From: Spirochaetia bacterium
GTDB lineage: Bacteria > Spirochaetota > Spirochaetia > SZUA-6 > Bin103
Assembly: GCA_965203515.1 (NCBI GenBank)
Contig: OZ241907.1
Location: 2,016,001-2,080,000 of the forward strand
Length of the DNA: 64,000 bases
Direction: 5' to 3'
In this document: piece after piece, positions 30,943 through 42,707 of the stretch
Numbering within the stretch: the first letter of the stretch is position 1
Layout of the letters: every line of letters starts with the position of its first letter
The notes under the pieces: generated by a model
Seen by the model: the letters and a program-made list of their open reading frames with translations, nothing else
Database searches by the model: none
Told to the model about the DNA's origin: nothing
Made by a program: the position numbers and the translations under genes

Positions 30943-31884
30943 ATGCAGTTTCGGACGATGGGGCGCAGCGGTATCGACGTGAGCCTGCTCAGCTTCGGTA
31001 CCGGCGGCCCTACCACCTTCACGGATGCGGAGCTCACCGACGCGGACAAGACCCGCCTGCTGCGCCGCTGCCTGGATCACGGCGTCAACCTGTTCGACAC
31101 CTCGCAGGGATACGGCGACAGCGAGCGGTTTCTGGGCGCTGCGCTGGCCGGCGTGCCGCGCGACCGTTATCTGCTGTCGACCAAGTGGCCCTACTCGCAG
31201 TGGAGCGGGCCGGAGGCCGAGCCGCGCGCGCTGGAACGGGCGGTCGACGCCAGCCTGCGGAGGCTGCGGACCGACTACGTCGACGTCATGTTCATCCACG
31301 GGCTCAAGCCGGACGACTACGATTCGGTCTATCAGCGCCACGGAGCGGCGATCGAACGGCTGAAGCAGGCCGGCAAGATCCGCCTGGCCGGCTTCAGCGA
31401 GCGGATGGGCGAGGACCTGGAGCACCGCGTCACCGTCGACGCGATCACCCGCCATCCGTCGTTCTGGGACGTGTCGATGCTGCGCTACGGCATCCTCAAC
31501 CAGTGCGCCCGCGACCGGGCGCTGCCGCTGGCCGCCGAGCACGGCGTGGCGGTGATGAACATGTCGCCGGCGCGCTATCTGCTGCCGCATCCCGAGCAGC
31601 TCGCCGATCGGATCGCCGCCTGGAAGGCGGACGGCTCGCTGGCGCCGGATGCGGTCCCGGACGATGATCCGCTCGGCTGGCTGGTCCACGGTCCGGTCGA
31701 ATCGGTGGTGAGCGCCGGCCTGAAGTTCGCCGCCGACCATGCCGGCGTCTCGACCGTGCTGACCGGCACCCGCAGCTTCGAGCATCTGGACGCGAACGTC
31801 CGGGCGCTCGACGACCCCTGCCTGCCGGCCGCCGATCACGACCGCCTGGTACGGCTGTTCGGTTTCGCCCGTGAGTGGCGCTGA
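30943..31884 (+). CDS. Aldo/keto reductase
   Basis: FDTSQGYGDSE, SLRRLRTDYVD. Confidence 0.9.
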   Translation: MQFRTMGRSGIDVSLLSFGTGGPTTFTDAELTDADKTRLLRRCLDHGVNLFDTSQGYGDSERFLGAALAGVPRDRYLLSTKWPYSQWSGPEAEPRALERAVDASLRRLRTDYVDVMFIHGLKPDDYDSVYQRHGAAIERLKQAGKIRLAGFSERMGEDLEHRVTVDAITRHPSFWDVSMLRYGILNQCARDRALPLAAEHGVAVMNMSPARYLLPHPEQLADRIAAWKADGSLAPDAVPDDDPLGWLVHGPVESVVSAGLKFAADHAGVSTVLTGTRSFEHLDANVRALDDPCLPAADHDRLVRLFGFAREWR

Positions 31885-32899
31885 CCGCGCAGCGAACCGG
31901 GTGGCCGACGCTCCGTCACCGACAGCCCTCGCGCCCGACGCGCCGGCGTCCGATCGGGGGGCGCCCGATCGGCGAACGCTGGCCCGCGCCAAGCGGCGCC
32001 GGACCCTGGAGCGCGCCTGGCGCATGCGCGTCTTCTACCTGCTGCTGGTCCCGGCCGTGGCCCTGCTGATCGTCTTCAAGTACGTGCCGATGTACGGCGT
32101 CGGCATCGCGTTCGTCGACTACAACATCGTCAAGGGCATCCTGGGCAGCGCCTGGAACAACTTCAAGTGGTTCGAGTGGGTCTTCAACGACCACTTCTTC
32201 TGGCGCGTGCTGCGCAACACCGTGATCCTCAGCCTGCTGCGGCTGGCGCTTGGCTTTCCCGCGCCGATCCTGCTGGCGCTGCTGCTCAACGAGGTGCGCA
32301 ACACCTCGTTCAAGCGCTCGGTGCAGTCGATCAGCTACCTGCCGCACTTCCTCTCCTGGGTGGTGCTGGGCGGCATCATCAAGGAGCTGCTGTCGATGCA
32401 GCGCGGCGTGGTCCCCTACCTCATGACCGTCGTCGGGCTGGAGCCGATCAACTTCCTCACCAACATCCCGACGTTCCGGGCGCTGCTGGTGGCGACCGGC
32501 ATCTGGCAGGGTATCGGCTGGGGTTCGATCATCTATCTTGCCGCGCTGTCCGGGATCGACCCCGAGCTGTACGAAAGCGCGACCGTCGACGGCGCCAACC
32601 GGCTGCAGATGGCGCTGCGCGTCACCCTGCCGGCCCTGGCCCCGATCATGATGATCCTGTTCCTGCTGCAGCTCGGCAACATCCTGGAACAGGGGTGGGA
32701 TCAGATCTTCAACCTGTACAACGACGTAGTGGTGTCGGTCTCCGACGTGTTCGAGACCCTGGTCTACCGTTCCGGCATAGAAGGACCGAGGTATTCCTAC
32801 GCCACCGCCATCAACCTGTTCCAGAACGTCGTGGGATTCGCGTTGCTGATGCTGGCCAACCAGATCGTGCGCCGCCGCAACGAGTACGCGATCTGGTGA
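31871..32899 (+). CDS. Carbohydrate ABC transporter permease (LplB-like), paralog 1
   Basis: SYLPHFLSWV, LYESATVDGANR. Confidence 0.9.
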   Translation: MSGADRAANRVADAPSPTALAPDAPASDRGAPDRRTLARAKRRRTLERAWRMRVFYLLLVPAVALLIVFKYVPMYGVGIAFVDYNIVKGILGSAWNNFKWFEWVFNDHFFWRVLRNTVILSLLRLALGFPAPILLALLLNEVRNTSFKRSVQSISYLPHFLSWVVLGGIIKELLSMQRGVVPYLMTVVGLEPINFLTNIPTFRALLVATGIWQGIGWGSIIYLAALSGIDPELYESATVDGANRLQMALRVTLPALAPIMMILFLLQLGNILEQGWDQIFNLYNDVVVSVSDVFETLVYRSGIEGPRYSYATAINLFQNVVGFALLMLANQIVRRRNEYAIW

Positions 32900-32942
32900 C
32901 CTCTCCCTGCCCGTGGCGGGCGCCGGCACGGCGACGCGCCGG

Positions 32943-32971
32943 TTGACGCACCGTGCACGGACCGGTAGGGT
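32943..32971 (+). promoter_or_regulatory. Putative sigma70 promoter
   Basis: TTGACG-17 nt-TAGGGT upstream of 33028. Confidence 0.45.
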
Positions 32972-33027
32972 CACCGGCAGCGGCCCGCCGCCCTCCATGA
33001 CCCACCACCACCGACACCGAGCGATCC

Positions 33028-34062
33028 ATGGCTGACCCCCCCCCTACCACCACCGCGCGACCCGACCCGTCGCCGGCGCCCGCCGCGCCGAACGCCGGCC
33101 TGTACGACAGCTTCGGCACGGAACAGGAGCGGGCCGCGTACCTGAAGCGGGTGCTCCGGCGGCAGACCGCGCGGCGCGCATGGCGCATGCGGGACTTCTA
33201 CCTGCTGCTGGCGCCGGCGGCGGTGCTGCTGTTCGTCTTCAAGTACATCCCGATGTACGGAGTGAGCATCGCCTTCGTCGACTACAACATCGTCAGGGGC
33301 ATCCTGGGCAGCACCTGGAACGACTTCAAGTGGTTCGAGTGGATATTCAACGACCACTTCTTCTGGCGCGTGCTCCGCAACACCGTGATCCTGGCCGTGC
33401 TGCGCACCATCTTCGCCTTCCCGGCGCCGATCATCCTGGCGCTGCTGCTCAACGAGGTGCGCGCGACCCCCTACAAGCGGGTCGTGCAATCGATCAGCTA
33501 TCTGCCGCACTTCATGTCCTGGGTCGTGCTGGGCGGCATCATCAAGGAGTTGCTGTCGCCGCAGCGCGGCGTGGTCCCCTACATCATGCAGCAGCTGGGG
33601 ATGGAGCCCTACCCGATTCTGACCACCCCGGAGACGTTCCGGGCCCTGATCATCGTGGTCACCATCTGGCAGGGCGTCGGCTGGGGCACGATCATCTACC
33701 TGGCGGCGCTGTCGGGGGTCGACGTCCAGCTCTACGAAAGCGCCGCCATCGACGGCACCAACCGCTGGCAGAACGCCATCCACATCACCCTGCCGGCGCT
33801 GGTGCCGGTGATCACGATCCTGTTCCTGCTCAACGTCGGCAACATCCTGGAGTTCGGCTTCGACGTGATCTTCAACCTGTACAACTCCAACGTCTTCGAG
33901 AAAGTCGACGTCTTCGAGACGCTGCAGTTCCGACAGGGCATCGAAGACGCCAAGTACTCCTACGCCGCCGCCATCGGGCTCTTTCAGAACCTGGTCGGCC
34001 TGATCGTCCTGGTCGGCGCCAATCAGATCGTACGCCGCTACAACGAGTACGGAGTCTGGTAG
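33028..34062 (+). CDS. Carbohydrate ABC transporter permease (LplB-like), paralog 2
   Basis: SYLPHFMSWV, LYESAAIDGTNR; long identical stretches shared with paralog 1. Confidence 0.9.
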   Translation: MADPPPTTTARPDPSPAPAAPNAGLYDSFGTEQERAAYLKRVLRRQTARRAWRMRDFYLLLAPAAVLLFVFKYIPMYGVSIAFVDYNIVRGILGSTWNDFKWFEWIFNDHFFWRVLRNTVILAVLRTIFAFPAPIILALLLNEVRATPYKRVVQSISYLPHFMSWVVLGGIIKELLSPQRGVVPYIMQQLGMEPYPILTTPETFRALIIVVTIWQGVGWGTIIYLAALSGVDVQLYESAAIDGTNRWQNAIHITLPALVPVITILFLLNVGNILEFGFDVIFNLYNSNVFEKVDVFETLQFRQGIEDAKYSYAAAIGLFQNLVGLIVLVGANQIVRRYNEYGVW

Positions 34063-34066
34063 GGAC

Positions 34067-34990
34067 ATGGCTAATCCGTTGGTCAGAGTGTCGCCGGCCG
34101 GCCGTTTGTTCGACGTCGCCAACTATCTGTTTCTCGGACTGTTCGCGCTGACGATCCTGTATCCGTTCTGGACCGTCGTCACCACCTCGCTGGCGTCACC
34201 GCTGTCGTTGCCGACCCTGGGGCTGCACCTCTGGAACGACGAGTGGCGTACCGAGGCGTGGATGTTCATGTTCCGGGAGAACGACATAGGCACCGCGTAC
34301 GTCAATACGCTGCACCGCGTCGTGTTCGGGACGACGTTGACCCTGTTCGTCACCTTCTGCGCCGCCTACGCGCTGTCGAAGCGCAATCTGCCCGGTCGTG
34401 CCGTGATCAACTTCCTGCTCGTCTTCACCCTGTTCTTTCAGGGCGGCCTCATTCCCACCTACCTGCTGGTGCGGAACCTCGGCATGATCAACTCGCGCTG
34501 GGTCCTGGTGATCCCGCCGGCGGTCGCCGCGTTCTCGATCATCATCACGCGCAACTTCATCATGACGATCGACCAGGCGATGGAGGACTCGGCGGTGATC
34601 GACGGCGCCAGCTACTGGCGCATCATGTTTCAGATCTTCATCCCCTTGTCGAGGCCGGTGCTGGCCGTCATCGCTCTGTGGACGGTCGTACAGCACTGGA
34701 ACGCGTGGTTCGACGCCCTGCTCTACATCACCGACCGGGACAGGCGCATCCTGCAGCTCCTGCTGCGTGACCTCGTGGAGCGTCTGCAGGGCTTTCAGAA
34801 CGACGAGTCGATGCAGCGTCTGGTGGAGGAGCTCCGCGCCCAGGGGATCGAGCCGGACTGGGCGCGCATCCCGCACCGATCGATCCAGGCCGCCACCACG
34901 TTGATCACGATCGGCCCGGTGATACTGTTCTACCCGTTCGTTCAGAAGTACTTCGTGAAGGGCGTCATGCTCGGATCGCTGAAGGGGTAA
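34067..34990 (+). CDS. Carbohydrate ABC transporter permease (LplC-like)
   Basis: GGLIPTY, EDSAVIDGA, QKYFVKGVMLGSLKG. Confidence 0.92.
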   Translation: MANPLVRVSPAGRLFDVANYLFLGLFALTILYPFWTVVTTSLASPLSLPTLGLHLWNDEWRTEAWMFMFRENDIGTAYVNTLHRVVFGTTLTLFVTFCAAYALSKRNLPGRAVINFLLVFTLFFQGGLIPTYLLVRNLGMINSRWVLVIPPAVAAFSIIITRNFIMTIDQAMEDSAVIDGASYWRIMFQIFIPLSRPVLAVIALWTVVQHWNAWFDALLYITDRDRRILQLLLRDLVERLQGFQNDESMQRLVEELRAQGIEPDWARIPHRSIQAATTLITIGPVILFYPFVQKYFVKGVMLGSLKG

Positions 34991-35126
34991 TACCCATCCG
35001 CATTCCGCGTCGGGAGCACGTTTACCTTCCGGCGTAGGCAGGCGCCGCCACGGAAATCCCGGATAACCCAATCTTTGAGAGCTTGGTTGACGCCCGCCTG
35101 CGCCTATGGTAGGGACTTTGAGAGTC

Positions 35127-35360
35127 ATGGAACCAACAAATCCCCCCCCCCCCCGGGGGAAGATGATAAGGTAACCTCGAAGGCGCAGGCGCGCCGCCGG
35201 CTGCGCCTCCCCCGGGCCGCGGCTGCCGTCGTCCCGGTTCTGCTGTTCTTGTTCTTGCTCGCGGCGCCCGCGGACCGCGCCGCCGCCCATCCCGGCCACG
35301 GGACCTCACCCAACAGCCCGGTGACCTTCCCCGACTCCAACTTGGAGTCGGCGATCAGAG
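35127..35360 (+). pseudogene. 5' fragment of a secreted LRR/internalin-like protein, truncated by IS21
   Basis: Signal-peptide-like RRRLRLPRAAAAVVPVLLFLFLLAAPADRAAA then VTFPDSNLESAIR (LRR N-cap-like); C13 tract after ATG 35127; ends at the IS21 terminus. Confidence 0.55.
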
Positions 35361-35419
35361 TGTCCAGCGACAATCAAGATGAGAATGCAGCGACAATCAA
35401 GATGAGAATGCGCGCGTAG

Positions 35420-37253
<1,834 letters not shown>

Positions 37254-37256
37254 ACC

Positions 37257-37544
37257 ATGGCGTTGAGCAACGCGGCACGACAACGCCGCTACCGCGCGCG
37301 CCGCACCGCCGAGCCCCGCCCCGTGCAGTACCGCAGGCCGCGCGACCGCCGCTCACGCCCGCAACGCTGGCAGGATGCGGTGCAGACCCTGCGCGACCTC
37401 CAGGACGAGTATCAAGCCTGGCTCGACCACCTGCCAGACCCGCTCCGGGAGTCGGCGCTCGCCGGCAAGCTGGAGGCGATCTGCGAGCTTGACCTCGATG
37501 AACTGGAGAGCATCGAGCCGCCGCTCGGCTACGGGCGCGACTGA
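37257..37544 (+). CDS. Small hypothetical protein downstream of istB
   Basis: 95-aa ORF with RBS; basic N-terminus, acidic C-terminus (LESIEPPLGYGRD). Confidence 0.6.
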   Translation: MALSNAARQRRYRARRTAEPRPVQYRRPRDRRSRPQRWQDAVQTLRDLQDEYQAWLDHLPDPLRESALAGKLEAICELDLDELESIEPPLGYGRD

Positions 37545-38355
37545 CCGAACCGCAGTTCCCGGTTCGCCGGCATTGCCCTGCAAGCCCTGATCCGGCCGCC
37601 GCAGTTCGGCCCGCCGCCTGCGAGCAGGTCCCGCAGCCCGCTCCGCGCCTCCCCAACCGGCCGCCCTCCGACCGCCGCGCTCATGGCCTGCCGGCGCGCC
37701 GGAGCCGCCGTGCGGCGGCAGCCGATGTGCCGGCGCCCGCCCGCCGCAGTTGCTCCGGCCGCTACCGTCCCGCCGCACACACGCCGTTTGCGAGCGCCAT
37801 CACGCCTCCGACCAGCCGGACCTGACCGTTGCTCTGGGACCTCGACGGCGCCTCCTGCCGCCGCTTCCCGTGCTTGCCAACCCGCTCCTGAAGCAGCCCT
37901 CACCGCACGCCGGTCTGGGACTCTACGATACGAATCGTGGACCGGCGCGTGCGGGCCGCCCCTCATGCGTAGGGATCGGCGGCGTCGCGCAGGCCGTCGC
38001 CGAGGAAGTTGTAGAGCAGCACCGTCAGCACCACGAAGATGCAGGGGATGAGCAGCCACGGCTGACTCGCCACCGCCTGGAAGTTCTGCGCGTCCTGTAG
38101 CAGGGTGCCCCAACTGACCGCCGGCGGCTGGATGCCGAGCCCCAGAAAGCTCAGCGCGGTTTCGCCCAGGATCATCGCCGGAATCGCCAGCGTCAGCGAC
38201 ACGATGATATAGCTCAGGAACGACGGCAGCAGGTGCCCGAAGATGATGGTGCGCTCGGTCGCCGCCGACACCACCGCGGCCATCACGAAGTCCTCCTCCC
38301 GCAGGGACAGGAAGCGGCCGCGCACCACGCGAGCGAGCTGCGTCCAGCCGACCAG

Positions 38356-39808
38356 TGAGGTGGTCCTGGTTGGTTGGACAGGTTGAGGGGCAGAATAAGG
38401 TGTACTCGGGTGGTTGCGCTACCCCCTCGGTCGCTTCGCTTGCGAATGCGGCGGTAAGGCCGGGGTGCCGGGCGACGACCTCGATCCTGGGATGGCGGTC
38501 GCCACTCACACCCGCTCGCCTCGTAGACCGGCATCAGCGCGGTCATCCGCCGCCTGTCTTGAATCAGCGGCCCTCCTGTCTGGTGACTTCGTCGGTCCAT
38601 CGCTACGCCGCCTGCTCGCTGGCCGCCCGCGTGCCGTCGTAGCACTGCGCCGGCGTGCGCCCGCCGAGCGCCGAGTGCGGCCGCTGCTCGTTGTAGAACG
38701 CCATCCACTGCCCGATCACCCGCCGCGCCGCCCTGCCGTCGGCCAACTCGTGCAGGTAGACCGCCTCGTACTTCAACGACCGCCACAGCCGCTCGATGAA
38801 CACGTTGTCCATGCATCGGCGGCGGCCATCCATCGAGCACCGGATGCCGGCCGCCCGCAGCCGCTCGGTGAACGCCCGGCTCGTGAACTGCCTGCCCTGA
38901 TCGGTGTTGAAGACCTGCGGCCGTCCGTACCGCCGCAGCGCCTCGTCGAGCGCCGCGAGGCAGAACGCGGTGTCCAGCGTGTTGCTCAGCCGCCACGCCA
39001 GCACCCGCCGGCTCGCCCAGTCCATGACTGCCACCAGGTACAGATATCCTTCCTGCACCGGGATGTAGGTGATGTCGGCGCACCACACGTGGTTCGCCCG
39101 CTCGATGCTCAGGCCGCGCAGCAGATACGGGTACACGCAGTGTTCGGGATGCGCCGTGCTGGTGCGCGGCTTGCGGTAGATCGCCTCCAGGCCGAGCAGA
39201 TGCATCAGCCGGCGGACCCGGTGGCGGCCGACCGTCACTTCCTCCTGTTCGAGATGGCGCGCCATCTGGCGGCTGCCGTAGAACGGGTAGCACAGGTACA
39301 ACTGGTCGATGCGGCGCATCAGCGCCAAGGTCTCGGCGCTGTGGCCCTGCGGCGCGTAGTACAGCGTCGAGCGACTCATCGCCAGCAGCCGGCACTGCCG
39401 GCTGACGCTCAGGTGTTGGTGGGCTCGATCGACCATCGTGCGCCGTTGGTCGCGGCTCAACGAGCGAGCCCGCGCGCTAAAAAATCGCGCTCCACGGTCA
39501 ACTCGCCGATCTTGGCGTGCAGGTCGTGGATGATCGCTTCGTGATCGTCCTGCCGGCGCTTGGCGCCGGTGGCGAACAGGTCGTGCAAGCCGTCGACGGC
39601 TTGCCGCTTCCAGTCGCTGACTTGGTTGGGATGCACCGCGTGATCGGCGGCGATCGCCTGAATCGTGCGGTCGCCGCTGAGCGCTTCGAGCGCCACGCGC
39701 GCTTTGAACTCGGCGGTGAATCGCCGCCGTTTCCTGGCCATCTGGTCGGCCCTCCTCAAGGCCTGGAGTACACCTTAGCAACCTGTCCAGTTTTCTAGGA
39801 CCACCTCA
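38356..39808 (-). mobile_element. IS3-family element, apparently intact
   Basis: Terminal IRs TGAGGTGGTCCT/AGGACCACCTCA, 3-bp TSD CAG, orfA/orfB with TTTTTTA slippery site at 39478-39484. Confidence 0.93.
38603..39741 (-). CDS. IS3 transposase OrfAB (programmed -1 frameshift)
   Basis: OrfA MARKRRRFTAEFKARVALEA; OrfB WCADITY, FNTDQGRQF, IERLWRSLKYE. Confidence 0.9.
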
Positions 39809-40339
39809 CAGCGACAGGATCAGCGTGATAGCGAAGTAGGTCGTGATCACACTCCACTGCCGGGGTACCGCCGCGGCCAGCCCCATCCACAGCGGAATGG
39901 TGGGAATGGACGACAGCAGGTCGACCAGCCGCATCACCACGCGGTCCGCGATGCCGCCGAAGTAGCCGGCCAGTCCGCCCAGCAGCACGCCCAGCACGGT
40001 GCTGACCGACACACCCACCAAGCCGATCGACAGGGAGATGCGGGCAGCGTGGAGCACCCGCGAAAACAGGTCGCGCCCCAGCCGGTCGGTACCGAACAGA
40101 AACAGGGGCGCCCCTTCTTCGGCCGGCACGAACAGATGCGCGCGGGTCTTGAACAGCCCCAGAAAGCGGTACTCCTCGCCGGCGCCGAAGAACCGGATCG
40201 GGTACCGCCGCATCAACGCGCCGCCTGCTCGGCGTGCGGCGTGCGCGCGACCACCGCTTCCAGTGCTGGAGCGTCCCCGGCAGCCGCGCCGCCAGGCAGT
40301 CGGGCCGCAGGCCGAAGGTGGTATGGGCTCGGCCAGCGG

Positions 40340-40689
40340 CAGGCCGGAGTGGCGGCGGTCGACCGGCTCGGTGGCGATGCCGTATGACACCGAGCTGTGC
40401 GAGAGCTTCTTCGCTGGGGTGCGAGAGCTACTGGATCGTCACCGCTTCGGCGGTCGGGCCGAGGTGCGCATGGCGGTATTCGATTTCATCAAGGGTTCTA
40501 CACCGGCGCCGGCACCACTCGGCACCGGGCTACCGGTCACCGGTCGCCTTCGAGGCCGACGAAGCCAAGGCAGCAGCATGACGATCGGCACGGTCGGCTT
40601 GACGGGCCAACGCCATCGCGGGGACTGTTCCCCTGCGTCGGGGTTGCGCACATCAGAGGTTACCTGTCCACCAAACCGGGACAACTCCA
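40340..40689 (+). mobile_element. Degenerate 3' remnant of a different IS3-family element
   Basis: STGS..YD..CESFFA..RELL..RMAVFDFI with frameshifts; end TGTCCACCAAACCGGGACAACTCCA. Confidence 0.7.
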
Positions 40690-41103
40690 GTCTACCTGCA
40701 CGAGTTGGCCGACGGCAGGGCGACGCGGCGGGTGATCGGGCAGTGGATGGTGGATGGCGTTCTACAACGAGCAGCGGCCGCACTCGGCGCTCGGCGGACG
40801 CACGCCGGCGCAGTGCTACGACGGGGAGCGGGCGGCCGGCGAGCAGGCGGCGTAGCGATGACCGACGAAATCACCAGACAGGAGGGCCGCTGATTCAGGA
40901 CAGGAGGCGGATGACCGCGCTGACGGCGGTCGACGAGACGAGCGGTGTGAACGGCGACAGCCATCCTACGGGATCGACCGGTCGCCCGGCGCGCCGGGGC
41001 CTTACCGCCGCATTCGCAAGCGAACCGACAGAGGGGGTAGCGCAACCACCCGAGTACACCTTAATCTACCCCTCGACCTGTCCAACCAACCAGGACCACC
41101 TCA
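40690..41103 (+). mobile_element. Partial inverted copy of the right end of the IS3 at 38356
   Basis: Diverged reverse complement of ~38356-38761, ending AACCAGGACCACCTCA. Confidence 0.88.
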
Positions 41104-41163
41104 TGGATCGAGTTCTGCAACGAGGTACGACCCACTCGGCGCTTGATGGGCGGACGCCTGCGC

Positions 41164-42163
41164 TTATGGGTATGGCAACGGGTCCTTCATCAAATCCGTG
41201 TAGTTCAACCATTCGTCCCCAACCCCAGCCAACCTTCTCGCATTTCCGAATCTCGGATGTCCCATAACTGGCTTCGACGGCAAGAACGGAGCACACAGCT
41301 GAGGAATGAATACCTTGATCAGTCGCAATCTATTCCACTCTGGAGGAGTAAGATCAAATATTATAGGATCGATTTCATTTCTCTCCAATATCCGCAAGAG
41401 CTTCTCGAGTCCATTTCAACTCTAATCGGCGGTATCTTTGCATACCATCTGAGGTTAACACCGTCTCTTTCAATCACTTCAGTGACACCATGATACACCG
41501 CATTATCCATCGAAACATGGCAGCTAAGGCCTCCACTTTGCGAGTATCCGATAGCCGTCTCGCCAGGCAAAAATAGGTACCAGAACTCTACCAGCTGAGC
41601 AGGTACGTATATCGTATCTCCGGTTAACAGGCTTTCCCAGCGGTCCATGCAACCTTTGTATCGTCCGTAAATCGGGAGTATAGCCCATGAGGGCTATACA
41701 TTTCATTCTGCTCTGAAGCGAATAGATGTATATCGCTCGGTCCCAGGTGTCTGATGCACTCGCGCTGCATATCTTTAGCAGTTCCAAACTTATATCTCTC
41801 GAAATTCGCAAAGTAACGCACACTAGCCACTAGTCTTTCTACTGCTTCTCCTAAGCTAGACAAGAACATGTCGCTCAGCGAGTAGCCCTTTCCTCCTCCC
41901 TGGACACTCGTCCCTACTCCAGTTTCCATCGACGGTGAGCCGGCTAACCGTGCGAGTACATGATTCAAGTCAAATTGATCAACATGCCCCGAACTTACAT
42001 GAAATTGACTGTCGATTCCGAAGTACGAAAGCACTCTTCTGACTGGTCCGTTTAGGGAGTCGAGATGCGATACGAGCTCATCAATAGCCTCTCGATGTCC
42101 CGCCTCGATCATATAAGGATAAAGTTCAGAACCCGTGTTGACGTGGTTCGACCGCAATTTCAT
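41164..42163 (-). pseudogene. YcaO-family cyclodehydratase in three frames, probably internally deleted
   Basis: GGGKG...SSLGEAVER; SQSGGLS...GVTEVIERD; C-terminal DPLPYP-stop (PxPxP). Confidence 0.8.
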
Positions 42164-42707
42164 TATTCACTCCCACCGCAATAAGCGACAAATGAGAAGA
42201 GTTGACACGACAGCGTAACCGAGCAACAATAGGATGCTCATAGACAGGTCACCTATCGGCATGTCGCTCCAAGCTGCCTTCATCACCAATCCGACGTGTG
42301 TCAACGGGAGAAATTTGCTCAAATTTTGAACAACCTGGGGAAAGTATTCCGGCGGTACCGTGAGCCCCGACAATAGGAGGTTAGGGATGAACAACAACTG
42401 GCCGAACGGAGCGACGGTTGCCTGTGACCGTGCCACCGCGGCAACCATCAAGCCCGTCGGTACCATTGCGGCCGCACCTAGCACTGAGCCAACCATCGCA
42501 ATCGCTATGCCATTTATAGTACTCGGCAAGTAAACGTCATAGAACAGATGATTGGTAGCAAAAGCGACAATGAAGAAAAACAGGACGAAAACGCCATTAC
42601 CGAAGAGAAAGGAAAGAATCACATCGGCTCGAGATAGTGGAGACGCTTTGAACATTTTGAGCAAACCGTATGACCGCTGGAGGGCGAAACCTGAAGGTAT
42701 GGTAATA

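Larger units (their letters stand above)
37963..40213 (-). pseudogene. oppC: Oligopeptide ABC permease (OppC-like), interrupted by IS3 and 5'-truncated
   Basis: LFGTDRLGRDLFSR...LILSL|VGWTQLARVVRG...LGDGLRDAADPY rejoins in frame when the IS3 and one CAG copy are removed. Confidence 0.88.

Noticed and set aside
35365..35410. 23-bp direct repeats as a mini-CRISPR
   Set aside because: Adjacent with no spacer; they match IS21 terminal repeats; no cas genes.
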